In this document: one piece after another, positions 37,970-48,733 of the stretch
Numbering within the stretch: the first letter of the stretch is position 1
How the letters are laid out: every line of letters starts with the position of its first letter
Assembly: GCA_963822965.1 (NCBI GenBank)
Contig: CAWGJT010000006.1
Location: 160,001-224,000, forward strand
Reading direction: 5' to 3'
DNA length: 64,000 nt
Source of the DNA: an uncultured delta proteobacterium
GTDB taxonomy: Bacteria > Myxococcota_A > UBA9160 > UBA4427
Position numbers and translations under genes: made by a program
The notes under the pieces: model-generated
Seen by the model: only the letters and a program-made list of their open reading frames with translations
Told to the model about the DNA's origin: nothing
The model's database searches: none

Positions 37970-39052
37970 TCAGGCCGCCCGCATGGTCTTGCGCTTCGAC
38001 TCGATGCACGCGAGCAGGGCGTTCCAGGACTGGACGAACGAGTCGCGCCCGTCTGCCTGGAGCTTGGCCGCGAGCGCATCGACATCGATGCCCGTCTTGC
38101 CGACCGCCTCGACGACGGCGTCCGCCTCGGCGGTATCCGTGTCCAGGAGACCCTCCACGGCACCGCTCTCCGCAAAGCTCCGCAGCGTCTTCTCGGGCAC
38201 GGTATTGACGGTCCCCTCGGCCGCGAGCGCGGTCAGGTAGTAGCCGGCGGGCAGCGCGGGATCCTTCGTCCCGGTGCTCGCCCACAGGAGCCGTTGTGGC
38301 TGTGCGCCCGCCTCTGCCAGACGACGCCAGCGATCCGACGCCAGGATCTCCCGGTAGATCTTGTACGTTCGCTCAGCGATCGCGATGCCGAGCCGGTTCG
38401 CCAGCGCCGGCGGGAGGCGGGAGGCCGTCGCGCCGTCCCAGCGGGAGACGAAGAGCGACGCGACCGAGGGCACGTGGGCGCCCCTTCCTGCCTCCACCCG
38501 CTGCTCGATCCCTCGCAGGTAGGCCTCGGCGGCCGCGCGAACCTGCCCCCGCGAGAAGAGCAGCGTCACGTTGACCGGGATCCCCGCGGCGATGAGCTCC
38601 TCGATGGCAACCAGACCGGCGCCGGTACCCGGGACCTTGATCAGCACGTTGGGGCGCCCGGCTCTCGCGAAGAGCGCCTTCCCTTCCGCGACGCTTCGCG
38701 CCGCGTCGTCGGCCAGCGTCGGCGAGACCTCGATCGACGCGAACCCGTCCCGGCCCCCGCTGGCGTCGTAGATCGGCCGGAAGAGATCCGCGGCGGCGAC
38801 GATGTCCTCGAGGGCAAAGTCGAAGAAGAGGCGCTCTGCCGAGTACTGGGGCTCGAGGTGCCTGCGGATGGCGGCGTCGTAGCGGTCGGACGCCGCGATC
38901 GCATGCTCGAAGATGGTCGGGTTCGAGGTGAGGCCCGTCACCGAGAGGTTCGCGATGTAGCGTGCCAGGGTCCCGCTCTCGAGGAGCTCCCGGCTGATGC
39001 TGTCGAGCCAGATGCTCTGCCCCCCGTCTTGCAGTGTCTTCAGCGCAGTCAT
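37970..39052 (-). CDS. tal: transaldolase (type 2)
   Basis: GQSIWLDSISR, GLTSNPTIF, NVLIKVPGT (Schiff-base Lys), VNVTLLFS, SVASLFVSRWD, QRLLWASTGTK. Confidence 0.96.
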   Translation of the reverse strand: MTALKTLQDGGQSIWLDSISRELLESGTLARYIANLSVTGLTSNPTIFEHAIAASDRYDAAIRRHLEPQYSAERLFFDFALEDIVAAADLFRPIYDASGGRDGFASIEVSPTLADDAARSVAEGKALFARAGRPNVLIKVPGTGAGLVAIEELIAAGIPVNVTLLFSRGQVRAAAEAYLRGIEQRVEAGRGAHVPSVASLFVSRWDGATASRLPPALANRLGIAIAERTYKIYREILASDRWRRLAEAGAQPQRLLWASTGTKDPALPAGYYLTALAAEGTVNTVPEKTLRSFAESGAVEGLLDTDTAEADAVVEAVGKTGIDVDALAAKLQADGRDSFVQSWNALLACIESKRKTMRAA

Positions 39053-39084
39053 AACGACCTCCTCGTCGAGCGGAGTATGGCGTG

Positions 39085-39159
39085 TCAGTCCAGGTCGGCA
39101 AAGGTCGCCTCGACGAGAGCCTGCGCCTCGGCCTGGATCCGGTGCAGGCATCGTTGCAT
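39085..39159 (-). pseudogene. 24-codon minigene, probably a collapsed phosphoglucomutase gene
   Basis: SD AAGGAG + ATG; MQRCLHRIQAEAQALVEATFADLD* resembles the C-terminal helix (hL.rIq.EAQa.V) of enterobacterial-type Pgm. Confidence 0.55.
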
Positions 39160-39204
39160 GGTCGGGCTCCTTCTCATCCCTCGCCGTTTCGCGACGACGA
39201 GCGC

Positions 39205-42200
39205 CTATCCGAGCACCACCTCTACGCTGTGCTCCGAACCGTCGTCGGACAGGGGCAAGAGCGCTCCTGCTGAGAGCACGCTTCCATCGAGACTCACACG
39301 CGATACGCCTCGGCAGACTCCGTTCGGGTTCTCGACGCGGATCCGGTAGAGCGAGCCGCCATGCCGGTAGGTGATCTCGAAGCGCTTCCATTCGCGGGGG
39401 ATGCAGGGGTCGATGCAGAGGGCGGAACCACGCTTGCGGAATCCGAGAATCGACTCCAGCCCCGCGCGGTAGAGCCAGCCCGCGGCTCCCGTGTACCACG
39501 TCCATCCGACCCGCCCGACGTGGGGCGGCTGCGAGTAGACGTCGGCGGCGACGGCGTAGGGCTCGCCCTTGTAGCGGTGAAGGTCCGTGCGGCGACTCGT
39601 ATGATGGATGGGGCTCAGCAGGTTGAAGTGCTCGACGGCCTTGTCGCCTTCGCCGAGCATCGCGAACGCGATGATCGACCAGACGGCGGCGTGCGTGTAC
39701 TGACCGCCGTTCTCCCGGATGCCGGGGACGTATCCCTTGACGTACCCGGGGTCCAGTGAGGTCCGGTCGAATGGAGGGGAGAAGAGCAGCATCAGGCGGT
39801 CGTCACGACGAACGAGCCGTCGCTCCACGGAGTCCATGGCCTGGCGAGCCCGCTTCTCGTCACCCGCACCGGAGAGAACGGCCCACGACTGGGCAATGGA
39901 GTCGATCTGGCACTCCTCGTTCTCCGCCGATCCGAGCGGCGTCCCGTCGTCGAAGAAGGCGCGCTTGTACCACTCGCCGTCCCACGCCTCCGCGTCCAGG
40001 GATGTCGCGAGAGAAGCGGCCGTGCTCCGCCAGGTGGCCGCACGCTCCGCTTCCCCGCGGCGGTCCGCGATGCAGGCGAAGTCTCTCAGGTTCACGAGCA
40101 GGAACCAGCCCAGCCAGACGCTCTCCCCCCTCCCCTCGTGGCCGACGCGGTTCATGCCGTCGTTCCAATCGCCGGCCCCGATCAACGGGAGGCCGTGGCG
40201 GCCCAGATCGAGGCTTCGGTCCAGTGCCCGCGCGCAGTGCTCGTAGAGCGTCGACCTGTCTTCCGACTCCGTGGGCTCGAAGTACGCCTCTTGTTGGCCC
40301 GCCTCGAGAGCCGGCCCCTCGAGCCAGGGCACCTCCTCGTCGAGCACCGCGTCGTCCTCGGTCGTCTGGAGATAGTGGCATACCGCGTACGGCAGCCAGA
40401 GACGGTCGTCGGAGATGCGGGTTCGCACACCGCGACCCGACGGGGGATGCCACCAGTGCTGCACATCCCCTTCGCGGAACTGCCGCGCCGCGGCTCGCAG
40501 GATGTGTTCGCGTACGAGGCCCGGCGTCGTCACCGCCAGCGCGAGAACGTCCTGCAGCTGGTCACGGAATCCGTACGCCCCACCAGATTGGTAGAACGCA
40601 GAGCGGGCCCATAGGCGGCAGGAGAGGGTTTGGTACAGAAGCCAGCGGTTCAGCAGAAGGTTGATCGAGGGATCGGGCGTCTCGACCTGCACCGTCCCCA
40701 GCAGCTCGTCCCAGTGGTCTTGGACTTCGCCGAGCACCGCGTCGGCGTCCACCGCGCGGTAGCGCTCGACGAGCGAGCGCGCCTCTTCGGGACCCGCACC
40801 CTGGCCGAGCAGGAACAGCACCTCGGCGCGCTCTCCCGGCTCGAGCTCCACCTGCGTGCGGAGAGCGGCGCAGGGGTCCAGGCCCGCTCCGGTCTTGCCG
40901 GATAGCTCCCGCCCTCGCTCCAGCGACGCGGGGTGATCGAGGCTCGCGTTCCGGCCCAGGAACTCGAGGCGGTCTCCGGTCCAGGAGGTTTGGCGCCCGC
41001 CCAGGTCGGCGAAAGCAATGCGCTCTGCGAATTCCGCGTTCCAGGGGTTTCGCGCGAACAGTGCTTGCGTCGCGGAGTCGATCTCGGTGACCACGTGCGG
41101 CGCAGAGCCTGTGCGCGAATCCCCGAGCACCCACTCCGCATAGGCCGTAATCGAAAGGCGCCGCTTCCGGGCCGACCGATTCTCCAGGGTGAGGCGCGAG
41201 ATCTTCACAGCGTCCCGGACGGGCACGAGCTGCAGCAGATCGAGTGCTATGCCGTGGGATTCGTGCTCGAAACGGCTGTAGCCCTGGCCGTGCCGGATGA
41301 CATAGGGCCAGGGCTCTTCGCGGATGGGAAGGAGGGTCGGCCCCCAGACCCGGCCGCTGTCCTCGTCCCTTACGTAGATCGCCTCGCCCGGCGTGTCGCT
41401 CGTGGGATCGTTCGACCAGGGTGTGAGCTTGTTCTCGCGGCTGTTCGCGGACCACGTGTAGCCGGAGCCCGCCTCGGAGACCTGGAAGCCGAACACCGGG
41501 TTCGCGACCACGTTGATCCAGGGAGCGGGCGTCCACTGTCCCTGGCCCAGAACCGTGACGTACTCGCGGCCGCCCGGTGCGAAGCCGCCGAGCCCGTTTC
41601 CGAACTCGAGATTCAGTGCCGGCGGAGAGATGACGGCGGGCGTCTCGGGTGCCGGGCGACGACGCGGCGGGAGCGGCGCGGGGCGGGGCCGGCCCAGCCG
41701 GACCACCTGCTCGGACAGCGTGCCCCGGTTCGCATGAATCACGATTCGGGCCGCGGCAAGAAGGAGCGTCTGGTCGCGCGACGACACGAGCTCGGCGCGC
41801 AGCAGATACACGCCGCCGCCCCTTCGCCCCTCCTCCTCCGGCGCATGGCTCGCGCGCACCATGCCCTCGAGCGATTCCTGGAGCGCCTGCGCGTAGGACG
41901 CCCCGCTGGCGTTGAGGATCACGAGATCGGCGGCGATCCCCTTCATGCGCCAATACTCATGTGCCCGCAGGAGCTGTCGCACGATGTCCCGCTCCTCGTC
42001 CCGCTCGATGCGAACCAGGGCGATGGGAAGGTCGCCGGAGATCCCGTAGGGCCAGAGCCCGGACGCACCGAGCTGGTTCCCTGCCATGACCTGAGGAGCC
42101 GAACGCAGCGTGGGATCGGTGTGAAGGAGACGGTTGGCCAGGCGCTGGAAGAGATGTGCCTCGTCCTGGGTGATTCGCAGGTGGTGCAGCTGGACCTGTG

Positions 42201-45200
42201 CCTGGGTCCAGGCCAGCGAGCTCTCTCGCTCGAAGGTCGCCGGCTGACGGTACTTCTCCGCCATCTGGAGCGCTTCGTCCCGTGTGGACGCGACGAGGGT
42301 GGTGAACACGAGACGAACCGTCGCTCCCTGCGGAATCGCCAGACGCTGGCGGAGGCTCACGATGGGATCCAGAACCGCCCCGGTCGTGCCCGAGAGCGAT
42401 CCCCCGTCGAGCACGGAGAGGGCAGACCGGACCCCGCGGCCCCGGCCCAGGAAGCGGGCGCGGTCGCTCTCGTACTGCAACGGGCGCGACCGGCTCCCCC
42501 TCGACGGCGGCCAGGTGAGCCAGCCAGACCCGGGGCTCGCCTGCGGAACGCGGGCGCCGCGTCGCCAGCAGCGTCCCGAGCTCGGGAACGAACTCCGTCT
42601 CCACGAACAGCTTCGAGAAGGCGGGGTGGGCCTCGTCCGCGCCCTGAGGAGCCAGCACGACCTCGGCATAGGACGTGAAGTCGATCTCACGGTCCCGGCT
42701 CCCGACATTGGTCACCGTCAGCTGGCGAAGCTCGGCATCGTCGTCGGGGGAGACCACGATCTCGAGGGTGATCGAGAGGGATCGGTCTCGCTGGATGATC
42801 TTGGCGCGGTCCTCGGAGTAGACGACCTCGTAGTGGTCGACCTCCGTTCCGCTCGGCTGGAAGCCAGCGGACCAGACGTCGCCGGTGTCGGCATCCCGCA
42901 GGAAGACGAACGTGCCCCAGTCGTCGCGCGTCGAATCCTCTCGCCAGCGGGTGACGGCGAGATCGTTCCAGCGGCTGAAGCCGGAGCCCGCCGCCGTGAT
43001 CATGACGGTGTAGCGGCCGTTGGAGAGAAGATGGGTGCGCGGCGTGATGTCGTGCGGCGACTCGAACCTTCGCAGCGTCGGGAGAACGAGATCGCGGACC
43101 AGCGGTGCTACCCGCACCTCCTCGCCCCGGGGCCGGGTCACGGCCACCGAACGCGGCGTCCGCTCCTGAAGCAGCAGCTCCGCGGCCTGGACCATGGGAT
43201 GGGCGTGAAAGCGCCTCGCGGGTCAGGCCGTCGTGAACCACGTTGCCCAGGGCGACCAGGGTCATCCCCTGGTGATGGGCCATGTAGCTCCGAACCACGG
43301 CCACCCGGCCGTTCTCGGGCAGGTTCGACGGGGTGTAGTCGAGGGCTTCGTAGAACCCATAAGCGCCTCGCGCTCCGGCCTGCTCGAGGCGCGCGAAGTT
43401 GTGGAGCGCAGCCTTCGGCTCCAGCATGGCCGCGAGTGCGGTCGCGTACGGAGCCACCACGACGTCCTCGAACAGCCCGCGCTTGAGCCCCAGACCCGGC
43501 ACCCCGAAGTCCGAGTACTGATACGTGAGCTCCACGTCTCGAATGTTGTAGGCCGATTCGGAGACGCCCCACGGAACCGTCCCGCTCCGCGCCGTACTGG
43601 ATCTGCCGCGCCACCACGAGACGGCAGGTGAGATCCAGCAGGCTGCGCGCGGGCTGCCGCATCACGAGCAGCGGCATCAGGTACTCGAACATGGAGCCCG
43701 ACCAGGAGACGAGCGCTGCACCGCGCCCGACCGGCGTGAGGGCCCGGCCCAGCAGGAACCAGTGCCGGGGCGAGACGTCGCCCTTGGCGATGGCCACGAA
43801 GCTTCCCAGCCTCGCCTCGGAGGCCAGCAGGTCGTAGCAGTTGGGATCGAGCGTGCCGTCGGCCACCCGATAGCCGATCGAGAAGAGCTTGCGCGAGGAG
43901 TCGAAGAGGAAGCGGAAGTCCATGGCCTGGACCATCGCTTCGGCGCGGAGTGCCAGGGCCGAGAGCCGATGCCCGAGGCCGGTCTCCGCTCTCCGGGACG
44001 CATCCAGACCCTCGAGAAGCAGGGCCGTGTCCGAGGTCGCGGGCGTGGCTCGCGACGCAGTCCCGCACGCTCTTCGCCCACGCCAGGACCTCGGATCGGG
44101 ATCCGTCCTCGACGTCGCTCGCGAGCGTGCGCGCGATGTCGAGAAGGTTCTCCGCCTGGGCCTCCAGCTCCTCGAGCCGGCCCACCCATTCGGGAAGCGA
44201 GGTCGGGGGCTCGTCGAGAGATGCCGCGATCGCCTCTGCCGCCTCGCCGCAGATGCGTCTCCGTGACCGTCTGGGTGCGCCGGGGACGCTCGGCCCTGCT
44301 CCTGCGCCTCGAGAACCAGCTCGAGAGCGTCCCGGATTCCCTCCAGGGTCTCCGGGCCGAAGCAGGGGGCGATGCACGAGCTCGCGGCACGCTTGCGCCA
44401 CGGCGATCAGGTGCCCCGCCAGATTGCCGCTGTCGACGGTGGAGACGTAGACGGGATCGAGCGGCCGGAGGTCCCGCGTGTCGTACCAGTTGAAGAAGTG
44501 CCCGCGGAAGCGCCGCAGGCGCGTCATGCGTATCGAGCGTGTCCTCGAGCCGTTTCGCCATGTCGAGGATCCCGATCCAGCCGAAGTCGTGGGCGACGGT
44601 CGTGCTCAGCAGATAGAGACCCAGATTGGTCGGCGAGGTGCGGTGCGCGACGACGGGCTCGGGGTCTTCCTGGAAGTTGTCCGGCGGGAGCGCGTTCTCC
44701 TCCTCGCTGACGAAGGTCTCGAAGAAGCGCCAGGTGCGGCGGGCAAGCCGGCGCAGCGAGCGCGTCTCGTCGGGGGAGAGGACATCGTGCCTCCACGAGC
44801 CTTGGCGGCAGGCTCATCCGCCAGGCGACGACGGGCGACAGCGACCCACAGGAGAACGAACGGCGTGGCCACCGGCCAGGCGCCCGGCGCGAACAGCGCC
44901 GACGAGCACGCCCGCCGCGACGGCGAGGCCGACGCCCGAGCGTAGGTGCCGGTAGAAAGCGCGGAGGCTCAGATCGGCCCCGTATCCCGCCTGCGCGGCC
45001 GGAACCCACTCGAGGAGGTTCCGCTTCGTGACGTAGAGCCGCCCGAGCGTGCGCACCACGGCGTCCGCCATGAGCCAGGCCTGGTGGGCCAGCATGGTGA
45101 TCGCCAGGAACGCCTGCGAAAGAGCCACGAAGATGTCGTCGCCCACCGCGCGCAGGTGGCTGCGCTTGGAGATTCCCCGCCGCCTGGGGACGAGGCCGTC

Positions 45201-47901
45201 GAGGACCGGGATGAAGGCCGGCACCGCGACGGAGCCCACGAAGAGACCGGTCCACAGGAGCGCGAGAAACACCCGGCAACGTCCACGCCGCCGCCGCCAG
45301 GAGAAGCGACGCTGGGGCGACGAGGCTTCGACGAAGATTGTCGACCATCTTCCATCGACCCTGGGCGGGGATGCGAGGCCCCGGCCTCACCCGGCGGCGT
45401 CGCGCGCGTGGCCCAGGATCCAGGGCAGGAGCTGCCAGTCGCCCCGCACCCAGCGATGCTGGCGGCGCGCGGCCACCTCGTAGTTCGACGGGAACTCCTC
45501 GAAGAGATCCACGTCCGTCAGCAGCCCGGCGCGCGCGAACAAGCCCTCGAAGAGATCGTGGCTGAGAAGCGCGTTCTCGGGCGACCTTGCCCTCGAGCGC
45601 CGCCTCGAAGGCATCGACGTCGTAGATCCCCTTGCCCGTGTAGGACCCCTCTTCGAAGAGGTCCTGATACACATCGGAGACCGCGGCCGCGTAGGGGTCC
45701 ACGCCGCCGGGACCCGAGACGATGCGCTGGTAGGTCGTGCTGGCCGGGCCGGTGGGCAAGCGACGGCGTGATCCGGGGCTGCATGACCGCGTAGCCCTCG
45801 ACGACGCGCCCCTTCCCGGGGTCGAAGCGCGGCCGGTTCAGCGGGTGCGCCATCGCCCCGACGAGGCGGTAGGCGGCGCCCTTGGGAAGCCGGGTGTCGG
45901 CGTCCAGGGTGATGACGTAGCGGACGCTCTGCGGGCACCGCGGGCGGCCGTCCGTGCGACCGGAATGAACGAGGTGTCCGTGGCGCCGCGAAGCAGCCGG
46001 TTCAGCTCGTGGAGCTTGCCTCGCTTCCTCTCCCAGCCGATCCACTGGCCTTCCTGCTCGTTCCAGAGACGCCGGCGGTGCAACAGGAGGAAGCGCGCCC
46101 CGCCTCCGGGCGGGCCCTCGTAGCGCGCATTGAGGCGCTCGATGCCCTCGGCCAGCGCGGCGACCAGCTCCTCGTCGCCGGGCATGCGCTCGCAGGTCGC
46201 GTCCGCCCAGTCGGTCAGCAGGGCGAAGTGGAGATGGCCCTCGGGGTTGGCCAGATAGTGCACTTCGAGTCGCTCGAGCTGCTCCTCGAGGTCGGCGAGG
46301 CTCGTGAGCAGCGAGGGCACGGCGACCAGGGTTCGAAGCTCCGGCAGGCACGCCCTGTGCGAGCTCGAGCTTCGGGAGCCTCCTGGGCGGAAGCAGGGCC
46401 GCGACCAGGCGATGGACGAGGGACACCGCGATCTCCGAGGCGGGCACGAGGCCGAGGATCGCCAGCAGGACGAGGCTCCAGGGCCCTGCCCCCGCCGACT
46501 GCGCGACGAGCACGAGCCCGCAGAGCTGCAGGGCGCTGAGGGCGGCGATCGCTCCCAGATAGCCCGCGATCGCGTGGGCGCGGCAGACGCGCAGCAGCCG
46601 GAGCCGCAGGGGAGAGCGAAAGCCCAGCCTGCCGCTCGAAGTCCCGCCGGCCCTTGGAGACGAGGCGAGTAGCCCGGATCCTCCTCGGCGCGCTCGGGAA
46701 CACCGGGAAGCCTCGGCCCGCTCGGTCGGGGCCTCGCTCTCCGGCCGCGGTGGCGAGGCGTCTGCCGGTCCTCTTCGGCTGCGTTCCGCGCCACGCAGCA
46801 CGGCTTCCCGCGCCACCTCGAGCTCCGATCGCCCCGAGCCCCGGGACAGCAGCTCGATCTGCTTGCGGTACTCGTCCCGCGTCGCGAAGTCCATGGCCGA
46901 AAACGCGGGAGCGGTGCGCAGCACCTCGTCCACCAGGCTGACGCTCTCGAAGAACTCGAGCCAATCGATGGAGGACATCCATCGCATGCTGCTGATGATG
47001 TTGCGGACGGTCGCGTTGGCCGCGCCCTGGGCGTGGTGTTCCTCGGCCACCACCTCGCTGGAGGACGTCCCCTGGGCGGCGAGCTTCCGATCGAGCCAGT
47101 CCAGGGCCGGCATGATCGACTGCGTCCTGGTCGCGCAGCCGCTGGACCAGCTGGACTGCGAACGCCCGAGCCAGGGGGGTGTCGTCCAGACCGCGCAGGA
47201 CGTCCTCGGTGCTCTCGGCGGGCCGACCGGAGAGGCCCAGCAAGCGGTCCGCCAGCTCGTCGGCCCGGGCCCGCTCCCGTCGAGAGTCTACGATCAGCTG
47301 CGACAGCCGCCGCAGGTTCTCCACGAGTGCCATGCGCAGGTGGATCGGCACGGCCCAGAGCTCGCCGATGCCCGAGAGGCTGGACGCGCTGGTAGGCCCG
47401 GACGAAGCGCGCCAGCGTCTCCAGCTCGAAGCGACTGTCGGTGTGGGCCACGTAGGCCCAGGCCAACCCGTAGACGCGCGGAGTTCCCGCCAGGTGGCCC
47501 GCGGCGATCTTCGGCAGCCGGCGGTAGTAGCTCTCCGGAAGGTGGTCTCGGATCTCCCGGAGCTGCTCGTCCACGACGTGGAAGTTGTCGAGGAACCACT
47601 CCTCGGCGAGCGTGATCTCACTCTTCTCGCCGACCGCCCGGACGACGTCGTGATACGCGTCCAGAAGTACGCGCTCGTTCTCGCGGACCCGAGCAAGAAG
47701 GCTCCGTCCCTTCGTGGGTTTCTCGGGTGGTTCGATCGGCTGCAGCCAGGCTCTCGGCGTGTTGCTCGAGGCGCTCGATGCCGAACAGCTCAGCGCGGAT
47801 CGGCTCTTCTCGCGCCGATGCGGCGCTCGGCGCGCTGTCGGTTGGCGCTCATGTTCGCTCGCGTTCTCCCGGCGGAAGGATCTCTCGGAGTCTGGCTTCA
47901 T
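39205..47901 (-). CDS. ndvB: cyclic beta-1,2-glucan synthase (NdvB/Cgs type), copy 2; many frameshifts between 42.5 and 47.8 kb; start uncertain (47852-47901)
   Basis: [110 protein letters not shown]. Confidence 0.88.
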
Positions 47902-48013
47902 GACGAGGGACGAAGACGCGGATCTTGCCCAGCTCTTCCTGCTCCTCGGCGGGGGCTCCCTATAGACTAGGAAGGCTTACGCCGGGACCGCTTGCCGTCT
48001 CGCATCGCTCTGG

Positions 48014-48054
48014 AGTATGCGACAGACTGCTTGATACATCAAGCATCTAGCAAG
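48014..48054 (-). promoter_or_regulatory. sigma70 promoter overlapped by an 18-bp palindrome
   Basis: TGCTTGAT-AC-ATCAAGCA (48028-48045); minus-strand TTGATG(48042-48037)-N17-CATACT(48019-48014), pointing at the ndvB copy 2 run. Confidence 0.65.
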
Positions 48055-48075
48055 GACGCTTGACCGCTTTAGCAG

Positions 48076-48470
48076 ATGTACCTCCCGCCGCCAGCCATCC
48101 GCGCTACGGCCTGCCGGCCTTCCCCACGGTCAGGGTCCGCGATCACCAGCCCACGATCCCGAACCGACCGACCCGCGGAGACGAACCCGCTCCTCGTCTC
48201 CGTGCATCCGGCCACCCAGCTGCTGTGGAGCGCCAACGGCATCATCGAAGGGGAGACCCAGCCCTACTTCCTCGAACCCGCGTACACGACCGTGACGCTC
48301 GAGACCGAGGTCGTGCCGGGCTTCGGCTGGGCGCCGACGTCGATCCGCTTCGACTCCGGCTACACGTACTCGTACGGCGTCCAGCTCACGATCATCACGG
48401 AGGCCGAGGGATTCGTGTTCCGCGAGCAGGACTACGACGCTGGCTCGGCTCGAGGCGCCCCGCCTCCTGA
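48076..48470 (+). pseudogene. fragment of a beta-rich, probably secreted protein lacking its 5' end
   Basis: Coding-like GC3 pattern and sequence LLWSANGIIEGETQPYFLEPAYTTVTLETEVVPGFGW..YTYSYGVQLTIITE; no SD or signal peptide. Confidence 0.4.
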
Positions 48471-48563
48471 GGCCGGCGTCTGCGGACGCGAAGACGTCCG
48501 GCCAGGCAGACCCGCCCCACGTCGATTCGGACGGCTGGCAAGCACTCGAAATGCAGGACGCGA

Positions 48564-48640
48564 TGGCGGGGCGGACGGGACTCGAACCCGCAACTTCTGG
48601 CGTGACAGGCCAGTGCTCTAACCGGTTGAACTACCGCCCC
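48564..48640 (-). tRNA. tRNA-Asp(GTC)
   Basis: GGGGCGGTAGTTCAACCGGTTAGAGCACTGGCCT-GTC-ACGCCAG...GGTTCGAGTCC...CCA, 77 nt. Confidence 0.97.
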
Positions 48641-48733
48641 GCGGTCACCGGGGCGGGTAGATTGCCGGAGTTTCGCGCGGTTGCAAGGGCGGGGGTCGAT
48701 TTCGGCGGCGGGGATCGACCGCGGCCGGGCCGG

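Noticed and set aside
48028..48045. FNR/CRP-family box
   Set aside because: TTGAT and ATCAA are separated by 2 nt, not the required 4
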